The notes under the pieces are model-generated. The model had not been told where the DNA came from, searched no databases, and worked only from the letters and a program-made list of their open reading frames with translations. A stretch of 64,000 nt of DNA from Planctomycetota bacterium. GTDB lineage: Bacteria; Planctomycetota; UBA1135; UBA2386. The DNA lies in the NCBI GenBank assembly GCA_046290465.1, contig JBKAGP010000001.1, forward strand, positions 2,848,001 through 2,912,000, read 5' to 3'. Positions within the stretch are counted from its first letter, which is position 1. Every line of letters starts with the position of its first letter. This document shows, piece after piece, positions 25,599-35,389 of the stretch. Made by a program: the position numbers and the translations under genes.

Positions 25599-26528
25599 TC
25601 AGGTGGTCAGCGTGACGCGGACGGCCTGGTCGTAGCGGCCGTAGCCGGCCGCACAGACGCGCTTGGCCTTGAACAGGTGCACGTCGTTCAGGAACCCGAT
25701 GTCGGAGTTCTGCGGGTTGCGCTCCGCGAACTGCGTCGGCACCTCGTCCTGCCAGAGCAGCGCGCGCACGTCGCTGTCCGACCGGAACACGAACAGCTGA
25801 TCCTCCGCCGTCAGGCGCGGGTTCATGATCACGCTGATCTGGTAGTCGCTGTTGCGCAGCGTGTTGCTCGCGCCGTTGCCCGAGAACTCGTTGCGGGTCG
25901 CGGACAGCAGGCCCGTGTGCAGGTTGATCGGGCACATGATCGTGAACTGCCGTGCGAACTCGTTGCGCGGCTCGCCCTCGTCGTCCAGGAAGCCGACGAT
26001 CTGCTCGATCGCCTTGAGCGCGACATCGATGCCCTCCTGCGTCGTCAGCTGGTTCGCCGCGGCGACCGTGTGCGAGATGGCGTTGTCGATGGTGTCGCCG
26101 TTCTCGTTGCGGTGGTCCGACGCGAAGAAGTTCTTCTTGTCGTAGGCCTTGCCGTTGGCGTTGAGCAGCAGCGCCGTCAGCAGCGACTGCGGCAGCTGCG
26201 CCGCGCGGGCGGCACGCTCGTTGACGCGGGCCATGATCTGCCCGGTCTTGTCGCGCCGCATGTCGTCTTCCTTGATCTCCAGGATGTTCTGGTAGACGCG
26301 GTTGCGCAGCGACAGCTCGAAGGTCTTGAGCGTCCGCTTGGTCGGGCTGTTCCCGAGCTCCTTCAGAGTCGGGCTATCCGACGCGAAGGTGTAGGTCTCG
26401 ACCTCCTGGTTGGAGTCGTACTGCGAGGCCAGCCGGGAAACCCAGCTGGCGGTCATGGCCTCCTCGAGGCGCTTGAAGAAGGCCCCGATGATCGCGCGCG
26501 ATCCGAGGCCCTTGAGGGTTCCGGGCAT
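25599..26528 (-). CDS. Major capsid protein (Mu gpT-like)
   Basis: SNQEVETY, LRNRVYQN.LEI..DD..RD..G, AYDKKNFFASDH, AGYGRY. Confidence 0.85.
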   Translation of the reverse strand: MPGTLKGLGSRAIIGAFFKRLEEAMTASWVSRLASQYDSNQEVETYTFASDSPTLKELGNSPTKRTLKTFELSLRNRVYQNILEIKEDDMRRDKTGQIMARVNERAARAAQLPQSLLTALLLNANGKAYDKKNFFASDHRNENGDTIDNAISHTVAAANQLTTQEGIDVALKAIEQIVGFLDDEGEPRNEFARQFTIMCPINLHTGLLSATRNEFSGNGASNTLRNSDYQISVIMNPRLTAEDQLFVFRSDSDVRALLWQDEVPTQFAERNPQNSDIGFLNDVHLFKAKRVCAAGYGRYDQAVRVTLTT

Positions 26529-26587
26529 GTCTGTCTCCTGTTCCGTGTCTGTCGTTTGTCCTGTTCCGTCAGAACCGGATCAGCGCA

Positions 26588-28018
26588 CTACTGCGCAATC
26601 CGGCCCTCGCTCTCCGCCTTCCGGTAGGCGAGGAACGCCTGCTTGTCGTCCTTGAACTCCTCGCGGACCTCCGCCGAGGCCTCCCACTCCCTGTCCCACT
26701 TCGACGCGCCCTCCGGCATGCCGGCGATGCGCTCCTCGACGGAACGGGTGTCGGTGCCGCCGTTGTTGCCGGTGGCCAGCGAAGCGGACGCGGGCGGCGC
26801 GACGCGCTGCCGGCGGTCCTCGATCAGCGCCGTGAGCGCCTCCGCCTCCGGCGTGCCGCTGTCGATCAGCTGCTGCGCGACGTCCTTCTGGTCGGGATCG
26901 GCGGCGCGGAGGATCCGCGACGCACGCGCACGCTCGGCGGCGGCCGTGTCGGCCGTGCTGCTGGGCGTGTCGTCGGCACGCGCCTCCGGCTGGGTCTCCG
27001 GCTCGGCGGCCGGCGTCGTCGACGGCGCCGTGGCCTCCGTCGGGGTGGCCGCAGTCTGTTCGTGCGCGGCGCTCTCGTTCGTCTCGGGCATCTGAGGTTC
27101 CTCCTCGTCTGGGTGAGCGCCTGCGCCTCCTGTGGCGTCAGGCACGGATTCGGTTGCAGCGGCGCCGCGCGCCATGGCGCGCGCGCGCTTCACGGCGATC
27201 TCGACGTCGCCGATCTCGTCGACGTAGCCCTTGTCCTGGGCCTCGGCGCCGATGTAGATGCGGCCGTCGCCCATCGAGCGCGCAGCCTCGACGTCGATGC
27301 CGCGGCCCTCGGCGATGCTCTCGACGAACATCTCGTGGTAGCGGTCGACCTCGCGCTGCACGTCGGCGCGGTCGGCGTCGCTGACGGCGCCGTTCGATTG
27401 CACGCCGCCCTTGGCCGGCGTGCTCTTCACCACGACGGGCTCGTAGCCGCGGTTCGCGAGCGCGCGGCTGTTGTCGAGGAAGCTGGCGATCACGCCAACC
27501 GATCCGACGGACGAACTGCGCGTCGCGACGATGCGGTTCGCCTGGGATCCCAGGTAGTAGGCGGCCGAGGCCATCATGGCGTCGGTGTGCGCCACGATCG
27601 GCTTCTGGTCGCGTGCGGCGCGGATCTCGGCGGCCAGCTCGTCGATCCCGAGGACGCTGCCGCCGGGAGAGTCGATCTCGAGCACGATCGATCGGACCGA
27701 CGAGTCCGCGACCGCGGCCCGGAGGTCGGAGCGGATGTGCTCGACGGAGGTCCCCACGTTGCTGCAGATGTCGCCGACCGCGCTCGCGCGCTGCGCGATC
27801 ACGCCCTGGATCGGCACGAAGGCAACACCGCGCTCGGTCCGCATCTCGGCGTCGCGCTTCGGCCGGTCGCGACGCGCAGCGGCGGCGATCCCCTCGTCCG
27901 TGATCTTGATGCCGTCCTCGCGGCTGATCAGCAGCTGCATCATGCGACGGTGCGTGCCCTCGTCCATCGCCCATGCGTGCGATAGCGCGAACGTCAGGAT
28001 TCGACTCAGGGTCGTCAT
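26588..28018 (-). CDS. S49 prohead protease with scaffold-like C-terminus (gpC/Nu3-like)
   Basis: IDSPGG, MASAAYYLGS, VGSVGV; acidic linker followed by a helical C-terminal part. Confidence 0.9.
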   Translation of the reverse strand: MTTLSRILTFALSHAWAMDEGTHRRMMQLLISREDGIKITDEGIAAAARRDRPKRDAEMRTERGVAFVPIQGVIAQRASAVGDICSNVGTSVEHIRSDLRAAVADSSVRSIVLEIDSPGGSVLGIDELAAEIRAARDQKPIVAHTDAMMASAAYYLGSQANRIVATRSSSVGSVGVIASFLDNSRALANRGYEPVVVKSTPAKGGVQSNGAVSDADRADVQREVDRYHEMFVESIAEGRGIDVEAARSMGDGRIYIGAEAQDKGYVDEIGDVEIAVKRARAMARGAAATESVPDATGGAGAHPDEEEPQMPETNESAAHEQTAATPTEATAPSTTPAAEPETQPEARADDTPSSTADTAAAERARASRILRAADPDQKDVAQQLIDSGTPEAEALTALIEDRRQRVAPPASASLATGNNGGTDTRSVEERIAGMPEGASKWDREWEASAEVREEFKDDKQAFLAYRKAESEGRIAQ

Positions 28019-29709
28019 GCCTGCTCTGCCTCCGGTTCCTCGTTCTCGTCGTCGTCGGCGCCCTCGTCTTCGAGTTCGCCCTCGTCGCCGACCTGCGGGT
28101 CCAACTCGTCCCCTTCCTCGGGCGGGTCAGGAGGCTCCGTCGCCGGCGGCGCCGACGCGGCTCCCTTGCCCAGGAGCGAGCCGGGCTTCAGCCCGAGCTC
28201 CTCCTCAATCGCCTCCGCCTTCTTGATGTACTCGGCGTTCTTCCGAAGCAGCTCCTCTGCGTCGAGGCCGAGGCGCGCCGCCTCGTCGTACGGCGTCGAG
28301 AGGTGGTTCTCGATGGCAATGCGGCTGCTCTCGATCTCCTTGACGGGATCGACCCAGCCGTAGGCCGGCGGCATCCAGCGGACAGCGAGGAACGGCTTCG
28401 GGTTGTCCCGGAAGCCGGGCGGCATCGGCAGCGTGCCGTCCGAGATCTTCGAACGGATGACGTTGGACCACCACGGCATGCAGAACTGCCGGATCAGCAT
28501 CGCGCGCAGCGCGTCGAACCCGCGGCGGCACTCGAGCAGCATCGAACGCGCGCTGCTGTAGTTCATGCGGCCGAGGTCCTTTGAGACGAGCTCGTAGGAC
28601 AGGCCCTGACTCGCCCAGATCGCGCGAAGGATGCGCGTGACGAACGCGTCGAACTGCGCGCCGGGCCGATTCGGCATGAACGGCTCGATGCTCTCGCCTT
28701 CCTCGAGGTACTCGATCGTGCCGGCCTCGAGGCGCTGCAGCAGCTTGCCCTCGTCGTTCGGACTGCTGCCCGGGCGGAAGTCGCCGCCGTCCAGTTCGGG
28801 CGCACGCTTCACGAACATGGCGATATTGCTGCTCGCGCGCGCGGCGATCAGCTCGCTGCTCAGATACTCGTGCAGGTGGCGGTTGTAGGGCAGCGCTGCC
28901 GCCAACCATGGGACGCCGCGCGTCTGGCCCGGGCGATCGCGCCGGAAGACGTGCTGCACCATGCTGTAGCCGTTCTCCTCTGCCACGACGTAGCTGCCGG
29001 TGAGCCCGGTTCGTGCACCGAAGGAGGCGTCCGCTGGGTGCGAGTCCAGGAAGTGGTATCGGACCGGCTGGCCGCGATCGCCGAGCTCGACGCCCGCGCG
29101 CATCCGATCCGTGTCGATGGCGTTCGGGGACTCCAGCCGGTCGGAGTCGATCAGCTCGCAGAACAGGTCGTTGCCGTCCTTGACCAGGTGCCCGAGGCCT
29201 TCGCCGTCCTGCATCAGCATCCGAACACCGATTCGCTGCAGGTCGCTGAACGAGCCGTAGTTGGTGGCGTCGGCGTGCGGCGCCCACTCGGACCACGCGG
29301 CTTCGCATGCGCCGCGCCAGTCCTGACACTCGCCTTCGGACATGCCGGTCGCCTCGGGCGTGCAGATGCTCTGCGGCAGGATCCCCTTGCCGACCGTGTT
29401 CTCCTCGAGCACGCGCACGGCCGCGGCGGCGTGCGCATCGTCGCGAACCATCGTGCGGGAGGCATCGCGCAGGATCTGCAGGTTCGGGATCGCCTCCGCG
29501 TCGGCGCTGCCGCTGTAGCTGCGGCTGTTGGTCCTGCCGATGCGCGCCGCCTCGTAGGTCAGCAGCCCCTGCGCTCGCAGGCGATGCTGACGCATCTCGA
29601 GCCCCATCTTCGGCATGAAGGTGCCGACCACCCCGTCGACGATGCGCCGCACGGCGCCGCCGACGCCGGAGTAGATCGATTGCAGCTGCTGTTCGGTGCT
29701 CCTCCCCAT
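28015..29709 (-). CDS. Portal protein, lambda gpB family
   Basis: RPGQTRGVPWLA, NYSSARS, WVDPVKE motifs. Confidence 0.93.
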   Translation of the reverse strand: MGRSTEQQLQSIYSGVGGAVRRIVDGVVGTFMPKMGLEMRQHRLRAQGLLTYEAARIGRTNSRSYSGSADAEAIPNLQILRDASRTMVRDDAHAAAAVRVLEENTVGKGILPQSICTPEATGMSEGECQDWRGACEAAWSEWAPHADATNYGSFSDLQRIGVRMLMQDGEGLGHLVKDGNDLFCELIDSDRLESPNAIDTDRMRAGVELGDRGQPVRYHFLDSHPADASFGARTGLTGSYVVAEENGYSMVQHVFRRDRPGQTRGVPWLAAALPYNRHLHEYLSSELIAARASSNIAMFVKRAPELDGGDFRPGSSPNDEGKLLQRLEAGTIEYLEEGESIEPFMPNRPGAQFDAFVTRILRAIWASQGLSYELVSKDLGRMNYSSARSMLLECRRGFDALRAMLIRQFCMPWWSNVIRSKISDGTLPMPPGFRDNPKPFLAVRWMPPAYGWVDPVKEIESSRIAIENHLSTPYDEAARLGLDAEELLRKNAEYIKKAEAIEEELGLKPGSLLGKGAASAPPATEPPDPPEEGDELDPQVGDEGELEDEGADDDENEEPEAEQA

Positions 29710-32700
29710 CAGTCAAACGCGACCCTCACACTGCCGCCGCCGCGCTTGCGCGCGGCCTGGTGCTGCTGGTGCCTCTGCAGCTTGATGAGCTCGTCGGGAC
29801 TCCGACGCTGCACGGAGTCGCCCGTGGCCGTCGTGTAGCTCGCGACGTCCGGCGAGTCGTGCATGGCATCGGTGAGCGCCTGCTGCTGCTCGGGAGTCGC
29901 CGTCGGACCGTCTTCGCCGCCGGACTCGGCGGGCGCCGCCGGCGGGCTGTCCCCGCCTTCCTCCGGCGCGTCCCCGCCGCCGTCGCCGTCGCCGTCGCTC
30001 ACCGAATCGAACGTGCCCGCAGTCGTCGATCCGTAGATCACCGCGGCCGACCCCGTCGGATGCGACGGCCAGGTCGCGGCCCCATCGAGCGCGGCGTCGA
30101 TCAGGAACCCCTTGCTGATCATGTTGCGCGGGGTCAGGTGCAGCCCGTTGAACTCGCGGTACGGCAGATACGGCATGTTGCCGAACGCGACGTTCGCGAC
30201 GCTGAGGTCGAGCGCGAGGTTGGACGGATCGACGAGGATGCCCCCCTGCATGGAGGCTGCTTGCGCCTGCTGGGCCGCCCGGATCCGCGAGACCTGCTCG
30301 GTGCTGCCGAACGGCGTGCCGGCGTGCAGCTGCACGACGACGCGCGCAGGCGTGTCGCCGCCGACTAGGCCGTCCGTCAGGAACGTCTGGTCGATCGCCT
30401 CCCAGAGGTTGGCGAGGTTGGCGGCGTAGTCGTTCGACTGCGACAGGTCGGCCTCGCCGTTCTCCCAGATGACGGCGACCACCTTCGGCATGTAGCGCTT
30501 GTTCGCCGCGAGGCCGCCGTCGCCGTCGCCCACGTTGACCAGACGGTCCAAGCACGCGGACCACTGCTGCTTGGCGTAGACCCAGCAGGGCGGCGGCCCC
30601 ACCTTCACCGCGATGTCCGAACCCGGCGTGCCGGCGGGGTAGAGCGTCGTCCGGATGCCGGCCTGCACCACCAGCTTCGAAGCTGTGCAGCTGGCCGCGA
30701 TCGCGTAGACGAAGGCGTGCTGGTCGTCGTGGTAGCTCGCGTTCGAGCTCGCGAGCTGCAGCGGGATCAGCGGCAGCGCCGCGCCGCCCTCATCCTGCTG
30801 GCCAATCAGGCCGCCGCTGGTCCCGAACAGGCTGCCGAACACGGCGCCGGCGGCCGACGTGATCTCGACCGTCGAGCCGACCGTCGTGAACGTCAGGTCG
30901 CCGCGCGTGACCGTGCCCTGCGACGCCGTCGGCGACCAGGTCGCGTAGCCGTTCGTGTCGGCCGACACCGACGACGAGTTGATGCCGATCTTGAACAGCA
31001 GGACCTTGCCGAAACGCTCGCGCGCGCGCGCCATGATCGGGATCTCGGGACCGCAGTCGCCCGCGTTGTCCCACGCCGTGTTCGCGCCGTCGCCGCCGAT
31101 GTCGAAGCGCTGGATCTGGCCGTCGACGAAGTTCCAGTGCATGACCTCGTCGGTCGTCGTGTCGACGCCCGACAGCGGCCAGTGCTCGCTCGAGTGGTAG
31201 AGTGTCGGGTCCGCGTCCTGCGGCAGCCACTTCGAAGGGTCGATCAGGCCCTTCACCTGCGACTGGCCCAGGTAGACCACGATCGCGAGCTGCTCGAAGA
31301 ACGATTCGGGGAACGCCACGTCGAGCCCCGACATCTTCCGCCAACCCGCGAGGCCGAGGTTCAGGTAGTCCTCGGGGCGCAGCCACTCGTTGTCGTCGAC
31401 GAACGCGCCAGCGGGCCCCGACGTCAGCGCGACGCCGCCAATCATCTGGTAGTTCGGGCTGCGGACGTGGTTGTGGCTGCTGCTCGTCTGGTCGGCCGAG
31501 TGCCAGTTCTCGCGGATCCGCTTGATCGCCTCGGCCGCGGTGAAGGCCGCGAACGCCGACGTCGGCTGGTAGCCCTGCTCGTCGCTGCGGTGCGACAGGA
31601 TCACGACGTCAGCGCCGATCTCGAGGTTGAAGTCGCTGTCGGTGAGCAGCTCGGCGACCAGGTCGGCGTAGTCCTGCGCGCCGGGGCCGAAGATCGCCTT
31701 GTAGCCGGAGCTGTAGGTGAACGGTGCAGCACCGTTCATCCAGTCGTCGACGTCGCCGGCCGCCGTCAGGCAGGCCTCGAGTCCGCGCAGCGTGGTCCAC
31801 TCGCCGGTCCACGGGAACAGGGCGACCTTGCGCACCTGCGCGGCGCCGCCGGGTTGGCCGGCGGCGTCGTCCCGCGCGGCGATGAAGCGCGCGCGCATGT
31901 TCTCGTAGTGCAGGCTGCCCTTGCGCCACCCGAAGACGGTCGAGTCGGCGGTCGCGGTCGCGCCGCTCGATGCCCCCGTGATCGTGTCCGTCGCCGCGAG
32001 CACGCCGCCGTTGGTCTGCCGGACGAACATCACGTCCTCGGCGTCGCTCAGGCAGATCACCTGCGCCGACCAGGCGCCGCCGTTCGACACCGTCTCGCCG
32101 GCCGTGAAGTCGCCGACCAAGCCGCTGACGTCGATCTCCTGCACCGCGACGCCGCCGCGCACGCCGGCCGCCGCCCCGTCCTCGAGCGACGAGTACTTCA
32201 CGACTCGGCAGTCGAAGCCCATCCCCGTGCACCAGTTCTTGAAGCTCGGGATCATCCGCATCGTCGGCGACGGCGCGGTCAGCAGCTTCTGCCCGTCGGA
32301 CGGCGGTTGAGCCCACTGGCCGTAGGTCGTCCCGTAGGTGATCTCCTGCGGGTCGGTGAGCCCCAGACCCGGCAGCGGCGCGTAGGGCGCCCACGCGCCC
32401 TGCGTGTGCGTCTCGACCGACACCACCGACCGGTCCGTCGCCGCGCTGGCGTGGGCGCCGGCGACGCCGCCCAACGCGACCGGCAGGCAGTTCCACCAGA
32501 CCCGGGTGATGACGTCCGAGATCCCCGGCGTGCCCGTCAGCGTGTGCACGTAGAGCTCGTCGTCCCCGGCGGTGCTGACCGAGTAGAGCACGACGCCCGA
32601 CCAGGTGTTGCCCGCGTTGCGGATGATGTCGCCGGGGTAGATGGTGGTCGAACCGTCGACCGTGATCTTGGTGGCCTTGCGCGCGCCGCTGTCCCAAACG

Positions 32701-33260
32701 ACCGGGTCGGCCGCGTCGCCGCTGACGTCGAAGTTCGCCTGGTCGGCGTCGGCCCACAGCTTCGACTGCATCCAGTGCCGGATCGTCGGAGCGGCGAAGT
32801 CAGTCGTCGTAGACCCGTCGGGGTCGATGATCAGGCACTCGACGCCGGTGCCGCCGCCGACCCAGCCGTCGAGCAGCGCCTCGACGCGGGAACCGAGCAG
32901 GTTTTGGTAGTAGGCCGAGTCCGGGACGCCGGCCGTGCCCGCGTGGAGCGCGGGCGTCGACCACATGAACTCCGCCGGCACCAGCTTCACCAACAGGTGC
33001 GAGCCGCCGTAGCCGGTCGGCAGCGTCTCGGCGAACTTGCCGACGACGATGCCGACGCTGACGAGGCTGAGGTTCTGGTCGGTGGCCGCGGCCTTTGGCG
33101 CGATCAGGTCGCCCTCGCTGACCGCGGCGAACTGGCCGCTGCTGCCCGAGATCAGGACGTGGTACGGCGGGAGCTGCGGCCAGAGCGCACCCGGCGGGCT
33201 GACATGGCGGTCGCCACCGATCAGCATGTAGGGGGTCGTCGCCACCCTGACACTCTGCAT
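29709..33260 (-). CDS. Large virion protein: tandem SGNH/SASA esterase-like domains plus C-terminal gpW-like module
   Basis: YLGQSQ, GPE, IWENGEAD and NGLHLT motifs; last ~65 aa gpW-like; sits in the gpW slot immediately before the portal. Confidence 0.7.
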   Translation of the reverse strand: MQSVRVATTPYMLIGGDRHVSPPGALWPQLPPYHVLISGSSGQFAAVSEGDLIAPKAAATDQNLSLVSVGIVVGKFAETLPTGYGGSHLLVKLVPAEFMWSTPALHAGTAGVPDSAYYQNLLGSRVEALLDGWVGGGTGVECLIIDPDGSTTTDFAAPTIRHWMQSKLWADADQANFDVSGDAADPVVWDSGARKATKITVDGSTTIYPGDIIRNAGNTWSGVVLYSVSTAGDDELYVHTLTGTPGISDVITRVWWNCLPVALGGVAGAHASAATDRSVVSVETHTQGAWAPYAPLPGLGLTDPQEITYGTTYGQWAQPPSDGQKLLTAPSPTMRMIPSFKNWCTGMGFDCRVVKYSSLEDGAAAGVRGGVAVQEIDVSGLVGDFTAGETVSNGGAWSAQVICLSDAEDVMFVRQTNGGVLAATDTITGASSGATATADSTVFGWRKGSLHYENMRARFIAARDDAAGQPGGAAQVRKVALFPWTGEWTTLRGLEACLTAAGDVDDWMNGAAPFTYSSGYKAIFGPGAQDYADLVAELLTDSDFNLEIGADVVILSHRSDEQGYQPTSAFAAFTAAEAIKRIRENWHSADQTSSSHNHVRSPNYQMIGGVALTSGPAGAFVDDNEWLRPEDYLNLGLAGWRKMSGLDVAFPESFFEQLAIVVYLGQSQVKGLIDPSKWLPQDADPTLYHSSEHWPLSGVDTTTDEVMHWNFVDGQIQRFDIGGDGANTAWDNAGDCGPEIPIMARARERFGKVLLFKIGINSSSVSADTNGYATWSPTASQGTVTRGDLTFTTVGSTVEITSAAGAVFGSLFGTSGGLIGQQDEGGAALPLIPLQLASSNASYHDDQHAFVYAIAASCTASKLVVQAGIRTTLYPAGTPGSDIAVKVGPPPCWVYAKQQWSACLDRLVNVGDGDGGLAANKRYMPKVVAVIWENGEADLSQSNDYAANLANLWEAIDQTFLTDGLVGGDTPARVVVQLHAGTPFGSTEQVSRIRAAQQAQAASMQGGILVDPSNLALDLSVANVAFGNMPYLPYREFNGLHLTPRNMISKGFLIDAALDGAATWPSHPTGSAAVIYGSTTAGTFDSVSDGDGDGGGDAPEEGGDSPPAAPAESGGEDGPTATPEQQQALTDAMHDSPDVASYTTATGDSVQRRSPDELIKLQRHQQHQAARKRGGGSVRVAFD

Positions 33261-33308
33261 CGGATGGGTGAACGATTGCGAGAGGGTCGTTCATCCCTGC
33301 TGAACAGA

Positions 33309-33533
33309 TCAGGATTTTTCTTCGTCGACCTGGTCGAGGCTCGGCGGCTCGACCTCCATGGATCGGAAGCGCTGACCGCAGCTGAGGCAGCGGTGGTAGC
33401 GGGTTACGCCGCTTCGGTTCTGACCTGTGCACCGCGCCCGGTTCTTGCCGCAGCGCGGGCATCGTGGCGGAACCCGCGGGACCGTCGGGTAGAAGTCGCT
33501 GTCGTCATCGTCGTCGTCGATGGCCCGGATCAC
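33309..33533 (-). CDS. Zinc-ribbon protein, Ogr/Delta-like
   Basis: CPRCG...RYHRCLSCGQRFRSME. Confidence 0.65.
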   Translation of the reverse strand: MIRAIDDDDDDSDFYPTVPRVPPRCPRCGKNRARCTGQNRSGVTRYHRCLSCGQRFRSMEVEPPSLDQVDEEKS

Positions 33534-35389
33534 GCGGAACCGCCTCCGAACAGGTCGAGCCCGAGCCCGCCGCGCGCGCCGCGGCGCCCCTCCGACCGAC
33601 GCTCCCTACGAGGCTTCCGGGCGACGGCTGCGGCGTCGAGCTTGTGCACGCCGAGCCGGTGCGCCATCGCGACGTTGTAGACCTGGGTGTCCCAGAAGTG
33701 GTTCTGGCTGCCGGCGGTCTTCTTGACCCAGCGGTCCGTCGTCTTCGTCTTGCTGACCACCGAGACCTTGTGCTCGCTCGTCATCTCGCGAAGGAACTGC
33801 TGGTCGACCTCCTGGTAGAGGTGGTAACCGCGGTCGCCGGGTTCGCCGTTCTCGATGCTGTCGGCCAGGTGGTCCTTGAACATGCCGACGTTCAGGCCCC
33901 AGATCTGCATGCCGATCGGCTGACCCGTCCTCGGGTGGCGCTCGACCTTGCGCGGCTTCCATAGAACGGGGTCGTCGTACTCTTGCCCGGAGCACATGTG
34001 CACGATGCCCCTGTGCTTCCTCGCGAAGTCGATCACGTCGTTCTGGCGGTAGTTCGCGTCAACGAACACGCCGGCGATGCGAACGTCGCCCGGCCACGGC
34101 TTGTGGAACAGGATCGCCTCGAGATCGCTGAAGTCGTCAACGCGGCCGTGATCGAGTAGCCACGACTCCATCTTCGGCCCCCACCCGGTCAGCGAGTAGG
34201 CCAGGAAGCGCTTCTGGACGTCGACGCCACCGGTGACGACCAGCACACCTTCCGGAACATCCCCGCGGTTGTAGCCGCCGACGCACTCCTTGATGACCTC
34301 GATCCGCGTGTCCTGCGTTCGGTCGACGTAGACCTCCGCGAGCCACGAGTTGACGAAGTTCTGGTACTCCGGCGTGCCCTTGGCGCTCAGGTACTCGGCC
34401 GCGATCTCCCACCAGGTCAAGAACGGCGAGTAGGCCGCCCAGATGTGGTAGCTCCGGTGCGGGTTTCGCTCGTCGAGTTCGAGACGACCATCGACGAGGT
34501 GATCCTCGAGCGTGACGCCCTTCGGGCACCAGACGCCCTTCGGAAGAAGCTGCGTCCGCTTCTGCTCGTCGTTGATCGGCTTCGCGCACGACTCGCACTC
34601 GTACCAGGCCTTTTTGCGCTCTTTCATGGCGCGCGCGTCGGCGATGTCCTCCGGCCACTTGATCTGGTCGAGCTTCAGGACCTGGTAGGTGCCGCAGTGC
34701 GGGCACGGGACGTGGTAGCGGCGCTGGTCCCCCTTCTCGAACTCGCGGATGATCAGCGAACCTGAGTCGGTCGGCGTGCTCGCGATCACGATGCAGTGGT
34801 TCGGGAAAGTCCGCGTTCGCTCTCGCGCCAGATTGAACGGCGGCGCCTCGCCCCGAGCCTTTGCCGGCCACTTGTCGCACTCGTCTGCGAAGAGCCACCG
34901 CGCGGGGTAGCTGGCGAGGTCCTGCGGGTTGACGGCGCTACGGAACAGGATGCGGGAACGGCGAAGCTGAATCTGGCGCTGCTTCGAGTCGAAACGTCGA
35001 TCCGTCAGCTGCCCGCGCCACGTCGGGCTGACCTCCATGGCCGGCCGGATCTTGTTCTCGCAGAACTCGACGGCCGCCTCCTTCGAAGGCATCACGAGCG
35101 TCGACGGACCAGGGTCGCGGCACGTCGCGTACGCCATCATGTTGATCATCGCCTGCGTCTTGCCGACCTGCGTGCTCGCGACGACCGTGATCTGCCGCAC
35201 CCACCCGCGGCCGATCGAGTCCATCCACTCGGCGCCGTAGGGAGTGCGCGCCGTCCTGTATGGACTACCTGCCTCGGCGCTGTCCGGCGGCAGGAAGAGG
35301 TTCTCGTCGGCCCACTCGCTGACGCGCACCCGCTTGGGGTAGGTGAACGCCTCGCCGCGGCGGCCAGCCCAGAGTGGTGACACCGTCAC
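33530..35389 (-). CDS. terL: Terminase large subunit, lambda gpA family
   Basis: STQVGKT Walker A, FADECD Walker B, STPT, GDQRRYHVPCPHCG, GVDVQ, NHFWD; GTG start overlaps the terS stop. Confidence 0.95.
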   Translation of the reverse strand: MTVSPLWAGRRGEAFTYPKRVRVSEWADENLFLPPDSAEAGSPYRTARTPYGAEWMDSIGRGWVRQITVVASTQVGKTQAMINMMAYATCRDPGPSTLVMPSKEAAVEFCENKIRPAMEVSPTWRGQLTDRRFDSKQRQIQLRRSRILFRSAVNPQDLASYPARWLFADECDKWPAKARGEAPPFNLARERTRTFPNHCIVIASTPTDSGSLIIREFEKGDQRRYHVPCPHCGTYQVLKLDQIKWPEDIADARAMKERKKAWYECESCAKPINDEQKRTQLLPKGVWCPKGVTLEDHLVDGRLELDERNPHRSYHIWAAYSPFLTWWEIAAEYLSAKGTPEYQNFVNSWLAEVYVDRTQDTRIEVIKECVGGYNRGDVPEGVLVVTGGVDVQKRFLAYSLTGWGPKMESWLLDHGRVDDFSDLEAILFHKPWPGDVRIAGVFVDANYRQNDVIDFARKHRGIVHMCSGQEYDDPVLWKPRKVERHPRTGQPIGMQIWGLNVGMFKDHLADSIENGEPGDRGYHLYQEVDQQFLREMTSEHKVSVVSKTKTTDRWVKKTAGSQNHFWDTQVYNVAMAHRLGVHKLDAAAVARKPRRERRSEGRRGARGGLGLDLFGGGSA

